Source: an uncultured Rhodohalobacter sp.
GTDB taxonomy: Bacteria > Bacteroidota > Rhodothermia > Balneolales > Balneolaceae
DNA: 64,000 nt
Assembly (NCBI GenBank): GCA_964544445.1
Contig: CAZJBI010000001.1
Location: 429,526-493,525, forward strand
Direction: 5' to 3'
Of this stretch, positions 9,453 to 18,702 are shown piece after piece (the stretch's first letter is position 1; each line of letters starts with the position of its first letter). The translations under genes were made by a program, and so were the position numbers. The notes under the pieces were generated by a model, which saw only the letters and a list, made by a program, of their open reading frames with translations, ran no database searches and was not told the DNA's origin.

Positions 9453-10574
9453 CTACTCAACGAAAAGATCATCAACTGCTCGGTAGGGTAGTTTATTTGC
9501 CAGCCGCTCGCTTCGCCAGTATCCTTCCACTCCAATAACGCGAGGATTTACCAGCGTCCCGTCTTTACGTACAAGAAACACTCCATTAGTCGTTTGGGGT
9601 GATAAGCGGCCCCGACTTCTGTCATCCGTTCTAAAACGGCGCTGACCATAAAGAACATCCACCGGCCCGTTTATTTTAAACGCCTTTACATCTTCAGTGA
9701 AACCTGCAGGTGATACCCTGTTTTCCATGAGAGCCATCATGATTTCCTGATCCCTTTTTAGTTCATAGATTTTATCGGGCCGGTTTCCTTTAAAACGTAC
9801 TACATCAAATTGGTTTCTGGAGAGTTCATCATGGTATAAACTCTGCAAAAAATGCTGAAGTGAACCGCGATAAGTTCTCTCTCTGTTAGCCGCCCATTCC
9901 TTCTCTTCCTGTATAGTTTCGGGCGTTAGCTCACTAAAGTTCAGGTCAAACATCATCAGCCCGGTATCGTTGTGTAGTTTCCAAAGAAATTCTTTCATTC
10001 CAACGGTTATTTGATACCCCAAAGCCCGGTTTTCAACAATCAGAGGCGCAGAGGCCGTGGCAAAAAGCTCGCCGGATGGAGTCCTTACAAAATCAAGAAC
10101 CCATCTGTTCTGAATCGAGGATTTCGATGCGAGAAGTCCCGTGCCAAGAAACTCTTTTTTAAAGGCATCATAGTTGCTCTGCCATTCACTGTTGTCAGCA
10201 GTAATCACAATGTCATCAAGATCTATTCGATTGGGGCGCAATTCGATATTGAGATTCCTTAACGTAGCGGGTTTATCCAGATCAACAGGGTAAGATGCAG
10301 TGTGAAAACCAACGAAACTGATAATAAGGGTCTGCTCACCTGTGTGTCGTGTAGAAAAAGAAAAAGTGCCATTATCAGCTGTGCTTGTTCCGGTGGTGGT
10401 GTTATCAAGGTACACACTTGCTCCTTCAATGGGATCACCAGAAAGCTCCTGATTCACAATTCCGCTGATTTCAATCAATTGTGAATTTGCTTTAGAAACA
10501 GGGTTGAGAATCATCAATATGCAAAAGACAAATGGCGGTATATACGTTATTAATATATTTAGTTTATTACTCAA
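9453..10574 (-). CDS. carboxypeptidase-like regulatory domain-containing protein
   Basis: ISGIV...PIEGASVYLDNTTTGTSTADNGTF...ISFVGF; TTG start uncertain. Confidence 0.8.
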   Translation of the reverse strand: MSNKLNILITYIPPFVFCILMILNPVSKANSQLIEISGIVNQELSGDPIEGASVYLDNTTTGTSTADNGTFSFSTRHTGEQTLIISFVGFHTASYPVDLDKPATLRNLNIELRPNRIDLDDIVITADNSEWQSNYDAFKKEFLGTGLLASKSSIQNRWVLDFVRTPSGELFATASAPLIVENRALGYQITVGMKEFLWKLHNDTGLMMFDLNFSELTPETIQEEKEWAANRERTYRGSLQHFLQSLYHDELSRNQFDVVRFKGNRPDKIYELKRDQEIMMALMENRVSPAGFTEDVKAFKINGPVDVLYGQRRFRTDDRSRGRLSPQTTNGVFLVRKDGTLVNPRVIGVEGYWRSERLANKLPYRAVDDLFVE

Positions 10575-11004
10575 AGATGATATTTGTGCTAATTGATCTT
10601 TTGATTTTAAAGTAGAAAATGTTGGAACTTCTGGTATATCAACATATCAAACGATTGGATAGGCATCTGTTTATTATTAAAAATGATATTTTTTCAAAAG
10701 AGAACAATTGGTCATACTGTAGCTGTTCAGAGAGAATAAATTTATATCAGCTGTGGTTTTCGTTGATTGTTAATGAAAACATAATATAGATCATAATCTA
10801 TATTGGCAAGCTGCTGAAGTACTTGTAAGAGACATTTTAGAATCTTAAATAAAAATAATTCAAATACTTAATGATGGTTCATTTTCAGAATAAATCATGA
10901 ATATTTAAAAGTCGGGCAGGTAATTGAATAACGGGTTTTCTGGAATGCTTAATATTTACGTAAAGTTTATTTAATAATTTGCTGTAAATAATGAATAACC
11001 CGTT

Positions 11005-11613
11005 ATGCTTGCGATGAACATAAAAATTATCTTTCTGAGTATTGTTTTAGTTGCACTTTCATTCCCGACAGTATTAGCTCAATCTGTAAAGAATGAAATA
11101 GAGGATTCCATTCAAAAACAAGAGATGCCCAAAAATGCAATTGAAACTCTGGATGAATTCTGGCCAGACCTGAATGATATCCGATATTATTTTCAGACCG
11201 ATGGTGATAGAGAGTCTTACGAAGCGAAATTAGAGTGGAGGGGTAGAAACTATAGTATTGAGTTTGATGAGGCCGGCAAGATACTGAATGTGGAGCAGCT
11301 AATTGATTGGAAAAATATATCTTCAGAGGTTAGCAAACCTATCGACGAATATTTGCAAAAAGAGTTTAGAAGGGTTAACATTATTCGATTACAGAGACAG
11401 TATATTGCCTCAGACGATGATGACTCGGATAACGAAGATTTTATTGATGATATACTCGAAGGAGACGAAGAAGATTTTGAAATCCGATATGAATTTGAGG
11501 TAGAAGGACGAAGTGGTCAGGAAATTGGTGCTTTTGAATTACTGTTTGATCATGCCGGGGTTTTAATAGAACGCCGGAAAATAGAGAGAAGATCTATAGA
11601 TAATATTTGGTAA
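11005..11613 (+). CDS. secreted acidic protein, PepSY-like repeats
   Basis: Signal peptide; YEAK...YSIEFDEAGKILNVE and FELLFDHAG repeated pattern. Confidence 0.6.
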   Translation: MLAMNIKIIFLSIVLVALSFPTVLAQSVKNEIEDSIQKQEMPKNAIETLDEFWPDLNDIRYYFQTDGDRESYEAKLEWRGRNYSIEFDEAGKILNVEQLIDWKNISSEVSKPIDEYLQKEFRRVNIIRLQRQYIASDDDDSDNEDFIDDILEGDEEDFEIRYEFEVEGRSGQEIGAFELLFDHAGVLIERRKIERRSIDNIW

Positions 11614-11633
11614 GCCGTTATTTAAATTTATTT

Positions 11634-12314
11634 ATGAAAACATTTGTGGTTGTTTTGGTTGCCATTTTTGCATGGCCATTAACAGGGTATGCTCAATCGG
11701 GACCTGAATGGATATGGAATCCAGAGCTTTCTTATTCGAAAAAAACATCCGACCGTCTGACGTTGGGTACAAAACTGTCCATTTTTCACTCCTTTGAAGA
11801 TTTTACAGGAAAAAATGGACTTGAATACATAGAGCAGCAATTTACGGGTGCATACACCATTACTCCCAGATGGAAGATTGGTGGTGGTTATTACTACAGA
11901 TGGTCAGAACCACTTCTAGACGGTTACAATTACGAGCACAGAATTTTACAACAGGCTGGTTATGTAAGTTATTTTGGTGATCAACGACTTTCTCATCGTT
12001 TTAGGCTCGAGCAGAGAATTCGCTCATCATCCTATCAAAATCGTTTTCGCTACCGATTTGGTTTCGATTTACCTCTGGAAGGCGAACAACTTGATACGGG
12101 AGAGAAATACCTGATTATAAAAAATGAAATGATGACGGCCTTCAACGGTTCAGAAGCAGATGCTGAAAACAGAATTTCATTAGGTATTGGCTGGGACCTG
12201 GGTAGCGGACAAAAATTTGAAATTAACGCTCAGCACCGAACACTGGATATTTTCAGCGGCGATGGTATTGGTCATTTACTTTTATTAAACACCACGTACT
12301 ACATCAGCCGCTAG
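11634..12314 (+). CDS. DUF2490 family outer-membrane beta-barrel protein
   Basis: EHRILQQ, HRFRLEQR and RFRYRFG motifs; signal peptide from ATG 11634. Confidence 0.8.
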   Translation: MKTFVVVLVAIFAWPLTGYAQSGPEWIWNPELSYSKKTSDRLTLGTKLSIFHSFEDFTGKNGLEYIEQQFTGAYTITPRWKIGGGYYYRWSEPLLDGYNYEHRILQQAGYVSYFGDQRLSHRFRLEQRIRSSSYQNRFRYRFGFDLPLEGEQLDTGEKYLIIKNEMMTAFNGSEADAENRISLGIGWDLGSGQKFEINAQHRTLDIFSGDGIGHLLLLNTTYYISR

Positions 12315-12416
12315 CATTTCGAATTGTATATTTAATCTGATTTTTCTTCTCTTGTAAAGTAAGCCCTGAAGTTTTTGTTTGGCAGGTTTTGGCGGATCAA
12401 GTTATGAGGCCCGCAA

Positions 12417-13463
12417 TCAGGTCACTGCGCCACCGCAGCTGCTTCCTGCACCGGCTGTACAGCCATAACAGTGTTGATTTACGATAATTTCACGGTTGTT
12501 TAGTTTTTCGAGATCCCAGTCTTTTATATGGTTGGGTGCCCCATGATTGGTTTTTAGCTCCAGCATTTGGTTGAAATCACAGTCATAAAGAGAGCCATCC
12601 CAGCCGATAGATATGGTGTTTCTGCACATTACTCCCATCGCAGCGGATGGATTAAATGAGGTCACAAGCTTCTCCATATATTCCTCAAGGTTTCCAGACA
12701 GTACAAGAAAATTAAGGTACCGGCTGATTGGCAAATTTGTGATGGTAAAAAGATCGTTAAATACGATACCGTGGTCGTTCCAAAGCCTCTCTTTGTAATC
12801 TTCTTTGAGGGAATCCTGATCAGGTGGAAGAAAAGCCCCAACGGGATTATAAACCAGGTTGAGTTTCAGTCCGGTTTCCTCTTTTCCATAACCAATACCG
12901 TTAAGAATTTTAAGCACCTTCATTGATTTATCGTAGGTGCCTTCACCTCTTTGTGCGTCCGTGCGCCGTTTGCTGTAAAAAGGCAGCGAGCAGGTGATCT
13001 CCACGCCGCGGTCTGCCATAAACTGAGGCAAATCTTCGAACTTGCGGGTATCGAGTATCGTAAGATTAGATCGTACGATAATCTCTTTTCCAAGTTTTGA
13101 CACCTCATCCACGAACCAGCGGAAGTGTGGATTCATTTCCGGTGCTCCACCGGTAAGATCAACTGTTTGAATATCCGTATGCTTCAGAGCATCGAGACAG
13201 TGCTGTAATGTCTCTTTGGTCATGATCTCTTTGCGGTCGGGCCCGGCGTCTACATGACAGTGTTTGCACGTCATGTTGCACATATAACCAACATTTATTT
13301 GAAAAATTTCGATACCTGTCGGTTTCAGAGGAAACAGGCCGATGTCATCCAGCTTCTCCTCAAACTTTTCCAGGCTCCTGATTTTTTCATTGTTGTTATT
13401 GATAATATCCAGCTGCTTTTGAGGATCGGACATCGGGTGACTTTGGGCAATGAGAGACTTCAT
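12417..13463 (-). CDS. arsS: arsenosugar biosynthesis-type radical SAM protein with DUF3641 C-terminus
   Basis: CNMTCKHCH radical SAM motif, DLTGGAPEMNP, LYDCDFNQML, C-terminal HCYGCTAGAGSSCGG. Confidence 0.85.
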   Translation of the reverse strand: MKSLIAQSHPMSDPQKQLDIINNNNEKIRSLEKFEEKLDDIGLFPLKPTGIEIFQINVGYMCNMTCKHCHVDAGPDRKEIMTKETLQHCLDALKHTDIQTVDLTGGAPEMNPHFRWFVDEVSKLGKEIIVRSNLTILDTRKFEDLPQFMADRGVEITCSLPFYSKRRTDAQRGEGTYDKSMKVLKILNGIGYGKEETGLKLNLVYNPVGAFLPPDQDSLKEDYKERLWNDHGIVFNDLFTITNLPISRYLNFLVLSGNLEEYMEKLVTSFNPSAAMGVMCRNTISIGWDGSLYDCDFNQMLELKTNHGAPNHIKDWDLEKLNNREIIVNQHCYGCTAGAGSSCGGAVT

Positions 13464-13562
13464 ATATGAATTGTGTATTTAACGGATTTGTCAGATTCCA
13501 AGACGTCAATATAACTGAATCAAACAATGTATAGTTTTCACGACTAATTCTTTTGTTCAATG

Positions 13563-13898
13563 TTACATTGAGAGTTTATCCACTTTATTCATCATCTGTA
13601 CTCCGTGTACCAGTGACGCCCCACCTCTTATAGCTGTCGCTACATGTACAGCTTCCATCATCTGCTCTTCGGAGTGACCCTTTTCAAGTGATTCCTGGGT
13701 ATATGCATCAATACAGTAGGGGCACTGAATAGCGTGGGCAACAGCCAGGGCGATTAATGACTTTTCCTTGGCAGAAAGCGCACTATCGGAAAATACGGAA
13801 CCGTAATAGTCAAAAAACTTGTCGGCCAGATCTTTTTGAAATTCACCGACGTCACCAAATTTCTTTAAATCATCAGGATTGTAATAGGTTTTGTTCAT
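13563..13898 (-). CDS. AhpD/CMD-like peroxidase-related protein associated with ArsS
   Basis: KEKSLIALAVAHAIQCPYCIDAY CxxC motif; directly upstream of arsS. Confidence 0.85.
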   Translation of the reverse strand: MNKTYYNPDDLKKFGDVGEFQKDLADKFFDYYGSVFSDSALSAKEKSLIALAVAHAIQCPYCIDAYTQESLEKGHSEEQMMEAVHVATAIRGGASLVHGVQMMNKVDKLSM

Positions 13899-14200
13899 AA
13901 CAAATGGTTGTTTAATTATAGGTTAAAACTGAATTACCTGGTTTCAGTAATGGACCAAACTCATAGATATTGCTTACTAAAATAATAAACCGCAGCAGAG
14001 TTCCGCCATACGAAAACAATGAGATCTGTGATGATGTAAACAGACAAGAAATTTGAGTGCAGTAAGTTGATTATTTGAGCGAAATAAAGTGACCAATCTC
14101 TATTTCAATCTGCATAATGGGTGGGTCTGCTGAAGTTTTGAAGTTGGACGAAGTTCAGGCGACATTTTAATTTGCGGGCCGTGTCGAATAGCAGATAAAC

Positions 14201-14236
14201 AAAAAACGCCGACATTTTAGGTATCGGCGTTTTTTT
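14201..14236 (-). terminator. intrinsic terminator after leuB (bidirectional shape)
   Basis: AAAAAACGCCGA...TCGGCGTTTTTTT. Confidence 0.85.
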
Positions 14237-14258
14237 GATTTTTAAAAGCATATGGTCG

Positions 14259-15356
14259 CTAAACCGAGACTTCATCCTCAAGAAATGAGAGAAGCAGCTC
14301 TTCGGCTTTACTTGTAGAGACCAGATTCTCAGTCTCGTTCGGGCTTGCGATATCCCCTGTACGATATCCCTGTTCAAGAAAGGTGTCGATTGCCGACTCA
14401 ATATCAGAAGCAGCCTCTTCCATATTCAGAGAGAACCTGGCAAGCATAGCGGCTGAAGCAACGGCTGCGAGTGGATTAGCAACACCTTTCCCCGCGATAT
14501 CGGGTGCGGAGCCGTGAACAGGCTCGTAAAGTCCGTTTTCACCTCCAAGACTGGCGGATGGAAGCATCCCCAGTGAGCCGGTTAGCATGGATGCTGCGTC
14601 ACTCAGGATATCCCCGAAAAGATTTCCAGTGAGCATAACATCGAACTGTTTCGGATCTCTGATGATCTGCATTGCGCAGTTATCAACCAGCATGTGCGAA
14701 AGCTCCACGTCGGGGTACTCTTCTGCAACCTCAATTACGGATTTCCGCCACATTCGTGAGCTTTCCAGGACATTGGCTTTGTCAACGGAGCAGACCCGGC
14801 CGTCACGTTTTCGGGCAGCATCGAAGGCCGTTCTGGCTACGCGCTGTACTTCAGAACGGCTATATTTCATGGTGTCAACTGAAAATGGGTCGCCATTTTC
14901 TTCAGAGGTGTATCTCGGTTTCCCAAAATAGACACCACCTGTTAATTCACGGACAATCAGAATATCGGTACCGTCAATCACGCTCTTTTTCAGGGAAGAA
15001 GATTCCGATAGGGCAGGATAAACGTTAATTGGACGCAGATTGGAATAGACGCCAAGCTCTTTGCGCATTTTCAATAAAGCGGCTTCCGGGCGCAGTTCGG
15101 CGCTGAGGTTATCCCATTGAGGGCCACCAACTGCGCCCAGAAGCACAGTCTTGTGTTTTTTGCAAACATCGATGGTTTCGTTTGTAACAGGTACGCCATG
15201 GTTTTCATAGCTGATACCGCCAAAATCACGCTCTTCTGTCTCAATTGAAACATCATATCGAGCGCAGGCTTTTTGTAAAACGCGAACGGCAACGGAGGTG
15301 ACTTCAGGTCCGATTCCGTCTCCGGGCAGGGTAACAATTGTCTTTGATTTCATCAT
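14259..15356 (-). CDS. leuB: 3-isopropylmalate dehydrogenase
   Basis: PGDGIGPEV, GAVGGPQWD, RELTGGVYFG, NLFGDILSD, EPVHGSAPDIAG; operon context. Confidence 0.97.
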   Translation of the reverse strand: MMKSKTIVTLPGDGIGPEVTSVAVRVLQKACARYDVSIETEERDFGGISYENHGVPVTNETIDVCKKHKTVLLGAVGGPQWDNLSAELRPEAALLKMRKELGVYSNLRPINVYPALSESSSLKKSVIDGTDILIVRELTGGVYFGKPRYTSEENGDPFSVDTMKYSRSEVQRVARTAFDAARKRDGRVCSVDKANVLESSRMWRKSVIEVAEEYPDVELSHMLVDNCAMQIIRDPKQFDVMLTGNLFGDILSDAASMLTGSLGMLPSASLGGENGLYEPVHGSAPDIAGKGVANPLAAVASAAMLARFSLNMEEAASDIESAIDTFLEQGYRTGDIASPNETENLVSTSKAEELLLSFLEDEVSV

Positions 15357-15931
15357 TGTACAGCGGGCATCATTCCGTTTTGTCGTGCATATTCAAAAAT
15401 ACCGCCGGCGTGAACAATATCTGCTACGCTTCCAAGCGGTTTAATTTTGTACTCTTTTTCCTGGGTTTGATTGATGAGTAGGTGTTGTTCCTGGTCAATT
15501 TCCAATTCATCCCCGGTACGAATTTCTTTGCTGAGGTCTTCAACACTTTCAAACGGAATCAGAAAGCCGCCGTCAACAGAATTGCGGTAAAAAATCCGGG
15601 CATACGAGGGAGAGATGATAGCCTTGATTCCGGCGATTTCAAGGCATGCGGGTGCATGTTCACGGGAGGACCCACATCCGAAGTTGTCGCTGGCTACAAT
15701 GATGCTGAAGTCACTTGCAGTCTGTCCATCTTTAGTAAGCGGAATGTTTCCCTCCGGCAGCCCCGACTCTTCTGACGGGACTCCTGAAAGAGCATATTTA
15801 CCATAAAGCTTTCGTTCTTCAGGGTCTTCGAGGCTGTAAACCAGATGTGCAGCCGGTATAATTTGATCGGTATCAATGTTCTTTCCCAATACAAAAGCTT
15901 TTCCTTTGATGGGTTTCTTTTCTTTACTCAT
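15353..15931 (-). CDS. leuD: 3-isopropylmalate dehydratase small subunit (plant/HacB-like type)
   Basis: NIDTDQIIPA, NFGCGSSREHA, YARIFYRN. Confidence 0.93.
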   Translation of the reverse strand: MSKEKKPIKGKAFVLGKNIDTDQIIPAAHLVYSLEDPEERKLYGKYALSGVPSEESGLPEGNIPLTKDGQTASDFSIIVASDNFGCGSSREHAPACLEIAGIKAIISPSYARIFYRNSVDGGFLIPFESVEDLSKEIRTGDELEIDQEQHLLINQTQEKEYKIKPLGSVADIVHAGGIFEYARQNGMMPAVQ

Positions 15932-16016
15932 GTTAAAAATAGGTTCAATAAAGTTGTTGAATTAATGTGTTTATTCTGATCAGGGCTTGATCCTTTTAAA
16001 GGTGTGATCAACTTCC

Positions 16017-16051
16017 GTCTCATATCTCATGTCTCAAGACTCATGTCTAAA
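16017..16051. repeat. five degenerate heptamer repeats overlapping the leuC stop codon
   Basis: GTCTCAT ATCTCAT GTCTCAA GACTCAT GTCTAAA. Confidence 0.8.
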
Positions 16052-17360
16052 TCACCGTTTCCTGAATAAATACCCGGGGATCCGTAATGACCCCTGTAAC
16101 AGCAGATGCCGCAACCGTGTAAGGCGATGCGAGGTAGACCTGGGATTTCTTGGACCCCATTCGTCCCGGATAATTACGGTTGGTGGAGGAGATACAGACC
16201 TCCTCATTGTTGAGGCGCCCGAATGTATCGGCAGGACCGCCCAAACATGCCGCACAAGATGCATTTCCAATATTGCATCCGGCTTCTTTAAAAATTTCAA
16301 TCAACGGTGTGCCTGAGATGGTTTCGGTTTCAAGTCCGCGGGCGATTTCGGTGGTTGCCGGTACGATATAAGTGTCCAGCTTTACTTTATTGCCGCGAAT
16401 AATTTCAGCTGCCGCTTTAAAGTCACTAAGCTTCCCGCCTGTGCATGAACCAATGTAGGCGCGGTCGAGATATGTTCCTTCAACCTCTTCGGCAGTGGCC
16501 TTGTTGTCGGGACTGTGTGGTTTTGCAACCATGGGAACAAGCTCTTCAAGATTATAGAAGTGTTCGCTGTGGTACTCGGCATCCGGGTCGCTGTAAACTT
16601 TTGTGTAAGGCTTATCTGTACGAGCTTGCACATACTCATCCGTAATTTCGTCGGGTTCAACTACACCGTTTTTCCCGCCGGCTTCGATGGCCATGTTGGT
16701 AAGCGTCATTCGATCTTCCATGGTAAGGGCTTTAACTCCTGCGCCCGCAAATTCCATTGCACGGTACGTTGCTCCATCAACACCAATATCACCGATAATC
16801 TTCAGAATAATATCTTTTGCCATCAGGTAGGGCGGGAGGGATGCGCCACCAAAAACAAACCGCATGGTTTCGGGCACTTTCACCCAGAGTTTACCGGTTC
16901 CCATAATAAAGGCTGCATCGGTATTGCCAATACCTGTTGCGAACTGGCCGAATGCTCCGGCTGTGCAGGTGTGGGAGTCGGTACCAAACAGCACTTCACC
17001 GGGACGAGTGAACCCTTCTTCAGGCAGGGCGACGTGGCAAACGCCTTTGTACCGGTCGGAACCCACGTCATAAAAATTTGGGAGATCCTGTTCAGCTGCA
17101 AAAGCCCTAAGAATATCGACATTCCGGTTTGCATATTTATCTTTGGTGAAAATATAGTGGTCGGGAATAATCACAACTTTTTCTTTATCCCAAACGCGAG
17201 CATTTTCTCCGAACTGTTTATTAAAAATGCCGATAGTTGGAGGGCCGCATACGTCGTGAGTCATTAAAATGTCTACATCCACCCAAACGGTATCTCCTGC
17301 TTTTACGGCATCGCGTCCGCTGTGATTGGCAAGTATTTTTTCGGTTAACGTCATTCCCAT
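16047..17360 (-). CDS. leuC: 3-isopropylmalate dehydratase large subunit (plant/HacA-like type)
   Basis: THDVCGP, PDHY, GVCH, GTDSHTC, IGSCTGG, CAACLG, STNRNYPGRMG. Confidence 0.95.
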   Translation of the reverse strand: MGMTLTEKILANHSGRDAVKAGDTVWVDVDILMTHDVCGPPTIGIFNKQFGENARVWDKEKVVIIPDHYIFTKDKYANRNVDILRAFAAEQDLPNFYDVGSDRYKGVCHVALPEEGFTRPGEVLFGTDSHTCTAGAFGQFATGIGNTDAAFIMGTGKLWVKVPETMRFVFGGASLPPYLMAKDIILKIIGDIGVDGATYRAMEFAGAGVKALTMEDRMTLTNMAIEAGGKNGVVEPDEITDEYVQARTDKPYTKVYSDPDAEYHSEHFYNLEELVPMVAKPHSPDNKATAEEVEGTYLDRAYIGSCTGGKLSDFKAAAEIIRGNKVKLDTYIVPATTEIARGLETETISGTPLIEIFKEAGCNIGNASCAACLGGPADTFGRLNNEEVCISSTNRNYPGRMGSKKSQVYLASPYTVAASAVTGVITDPRVFIQETVI

Positions 17361-17448
17361 AATTAAAACTGCTGTTATTTATTGATTGATATTAAAAATA
17401 GTGCGTTGGATTCTGTTTTATCAGGTTTGAAATGTATTCAAACAGTTT

Positions 17449-18642
17449 TCATCCTCCGGCGGCAAATGTTCGGTCCGGGCTTTGGTTTGAATAATTTGTT
17501 GTGGCCATAATGTGTATCAGGTCCTGGTCCTCAACGGTTTTTTTCTCATCGGCAAGTTTCGTGACGGTTTTATACACGCTGTTAAGATCCTCCTTGTTCA
17601 AATAGTAGCCGAGATCCTCAAGTTTCTTGCACAGTGCAAAGCGGCCTGAATGCTTGCCGATTACAATCTTATTGCAGGTAATTCCGACCGATTCGGGCGT
17701 CATGATTTCATAGGTCAGCGGATTTTTTAAAACACCGTGCTGATGAATACCCGCTTCGTGGGCAAATGCATTATCTCCAACAATTGCCTTGTTGGGCTGT
17801 ACACCTTTGCCGGTAATTTGTGCAAGCATTTGACTGGAGGGAAAAATCTCTTTCGAATTTACGGATGTTGTGTAGTCCATGCTGTTCTTCCGTGTTTGTA
17901 CGGCCATCACTACCTCCTCAAGAGATGCGTTACCTGCCCGCTCTCCGATTCCGTTAATGGTGCATTCAACTTGTCGGGCGCCGTTCTGAACCGCCATCAG
18001 TGAGTTGGCTACTGCGAGGCCCAGATCGTTGTGACAGTGGGCGCTGATCACAGCCTGATCGATATTTGGGATTTCATCTTTAAGCTTTTTGATTAACTCC
18101 CCAAACTCCCATGGCAACGCATACCCCACCGTATCGGGCACGTTGATTGTTGTGGCACCGGCTTCTATAACGGCAGTAAAAATTTCAACTAAGAAATCAG
18201 GATCACTCCTGGACGCATCTTCGGCAGAAAATTCAACATCATCCACGTGTTGTTTGGCGAACTCAACAGCTTTCACCGCCGATTCCAGAACTTCTTCTCT
18301 GGATTTCTGAAGCTTGTATTTCAAATGAATATCGCTGGTGGCAATAAAGGTGTGAATTCTTGGCTTATTTGCAGATTCCACAGCTGATACAGCCCGTTCC
18401 AGATCGATTTTCCGGGTTCTGCAAAGAGCAGCAACGGAACTGTTTTTTATGGTTTTTGCAATCTCTTTTACCGTTTCGTAATCACCGTCAGATGCAATTG
18501 GAAAACCGGCTTCCATCACATCAACACCTAATTTTTCGAGCTGTAGAGCAAGACGCAGTTTTTCCTGCTTGTTCATGCTATAGCCCGGCGATTGCTCACC
18601 GTCCCGAAGTGTGGTATCGAAGATGGTAATGTGATTGTCCAT
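17449..18642 (-). CDS. leuA: 2-isopropylmalate synthase, short form without the C-terminal regulatory domain
   Basis: [31 protein letters not shown]; 397 aa. Confidence 0.92.
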   Translation of the reverse strand: MDNHITIFDTTLRDGEQSPGYSMNKQEKLRLALQLEKLGVDVMEAGFPIASDGDYETVKEIAKTIKNSSVAALCRTRKIDLERAVSAVESANKPRIHTFIATSDIHLKYKLQKSREEVLESAVKAVEFAKQHVDDVEFSAEDASRSDPDFLVEIFTAVIEAGATTINVPDTVGYALPWEFGELIKKLKDEIPNIDQAVISAHCHNDLGLAVANSLMAVQNGARQVECTINGIGERAGNASLEEVVMAVQTRKNSMDYTTSVNSKEIFPSSQMLAQITGKGVQPNKAIVGDNAFAHEAGIHQHGVLKNPLTYEIMTPESVGITCNKIVIGKHSGRFALCKKLEDLGYYLNKEDLNSVYKTVTKLADEKKTVEDQDLIHIMATTNYSNQSPDRTFAAGG

Positions 18643-18702
18643 GGTTTTGTGTTGTTTTGTGTTATGTATTACAGGCGAATTTTTTGTGCGGATTTCCTAA
18701 TC

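Noticed and set aside
12417..12445. Possible selenocysteine in the ArsS C-terminal motif
   Set aside because: The GSSCGG codon is TGC (Cys) and the frame ends normally five codons later; no recoding is needed.
13899..14200. Possible riboswitch upstream of the AhpD-like/arsS pair
   Set aside because: Only a short hairpin was seen; I could not recognise any aptamer consensus.
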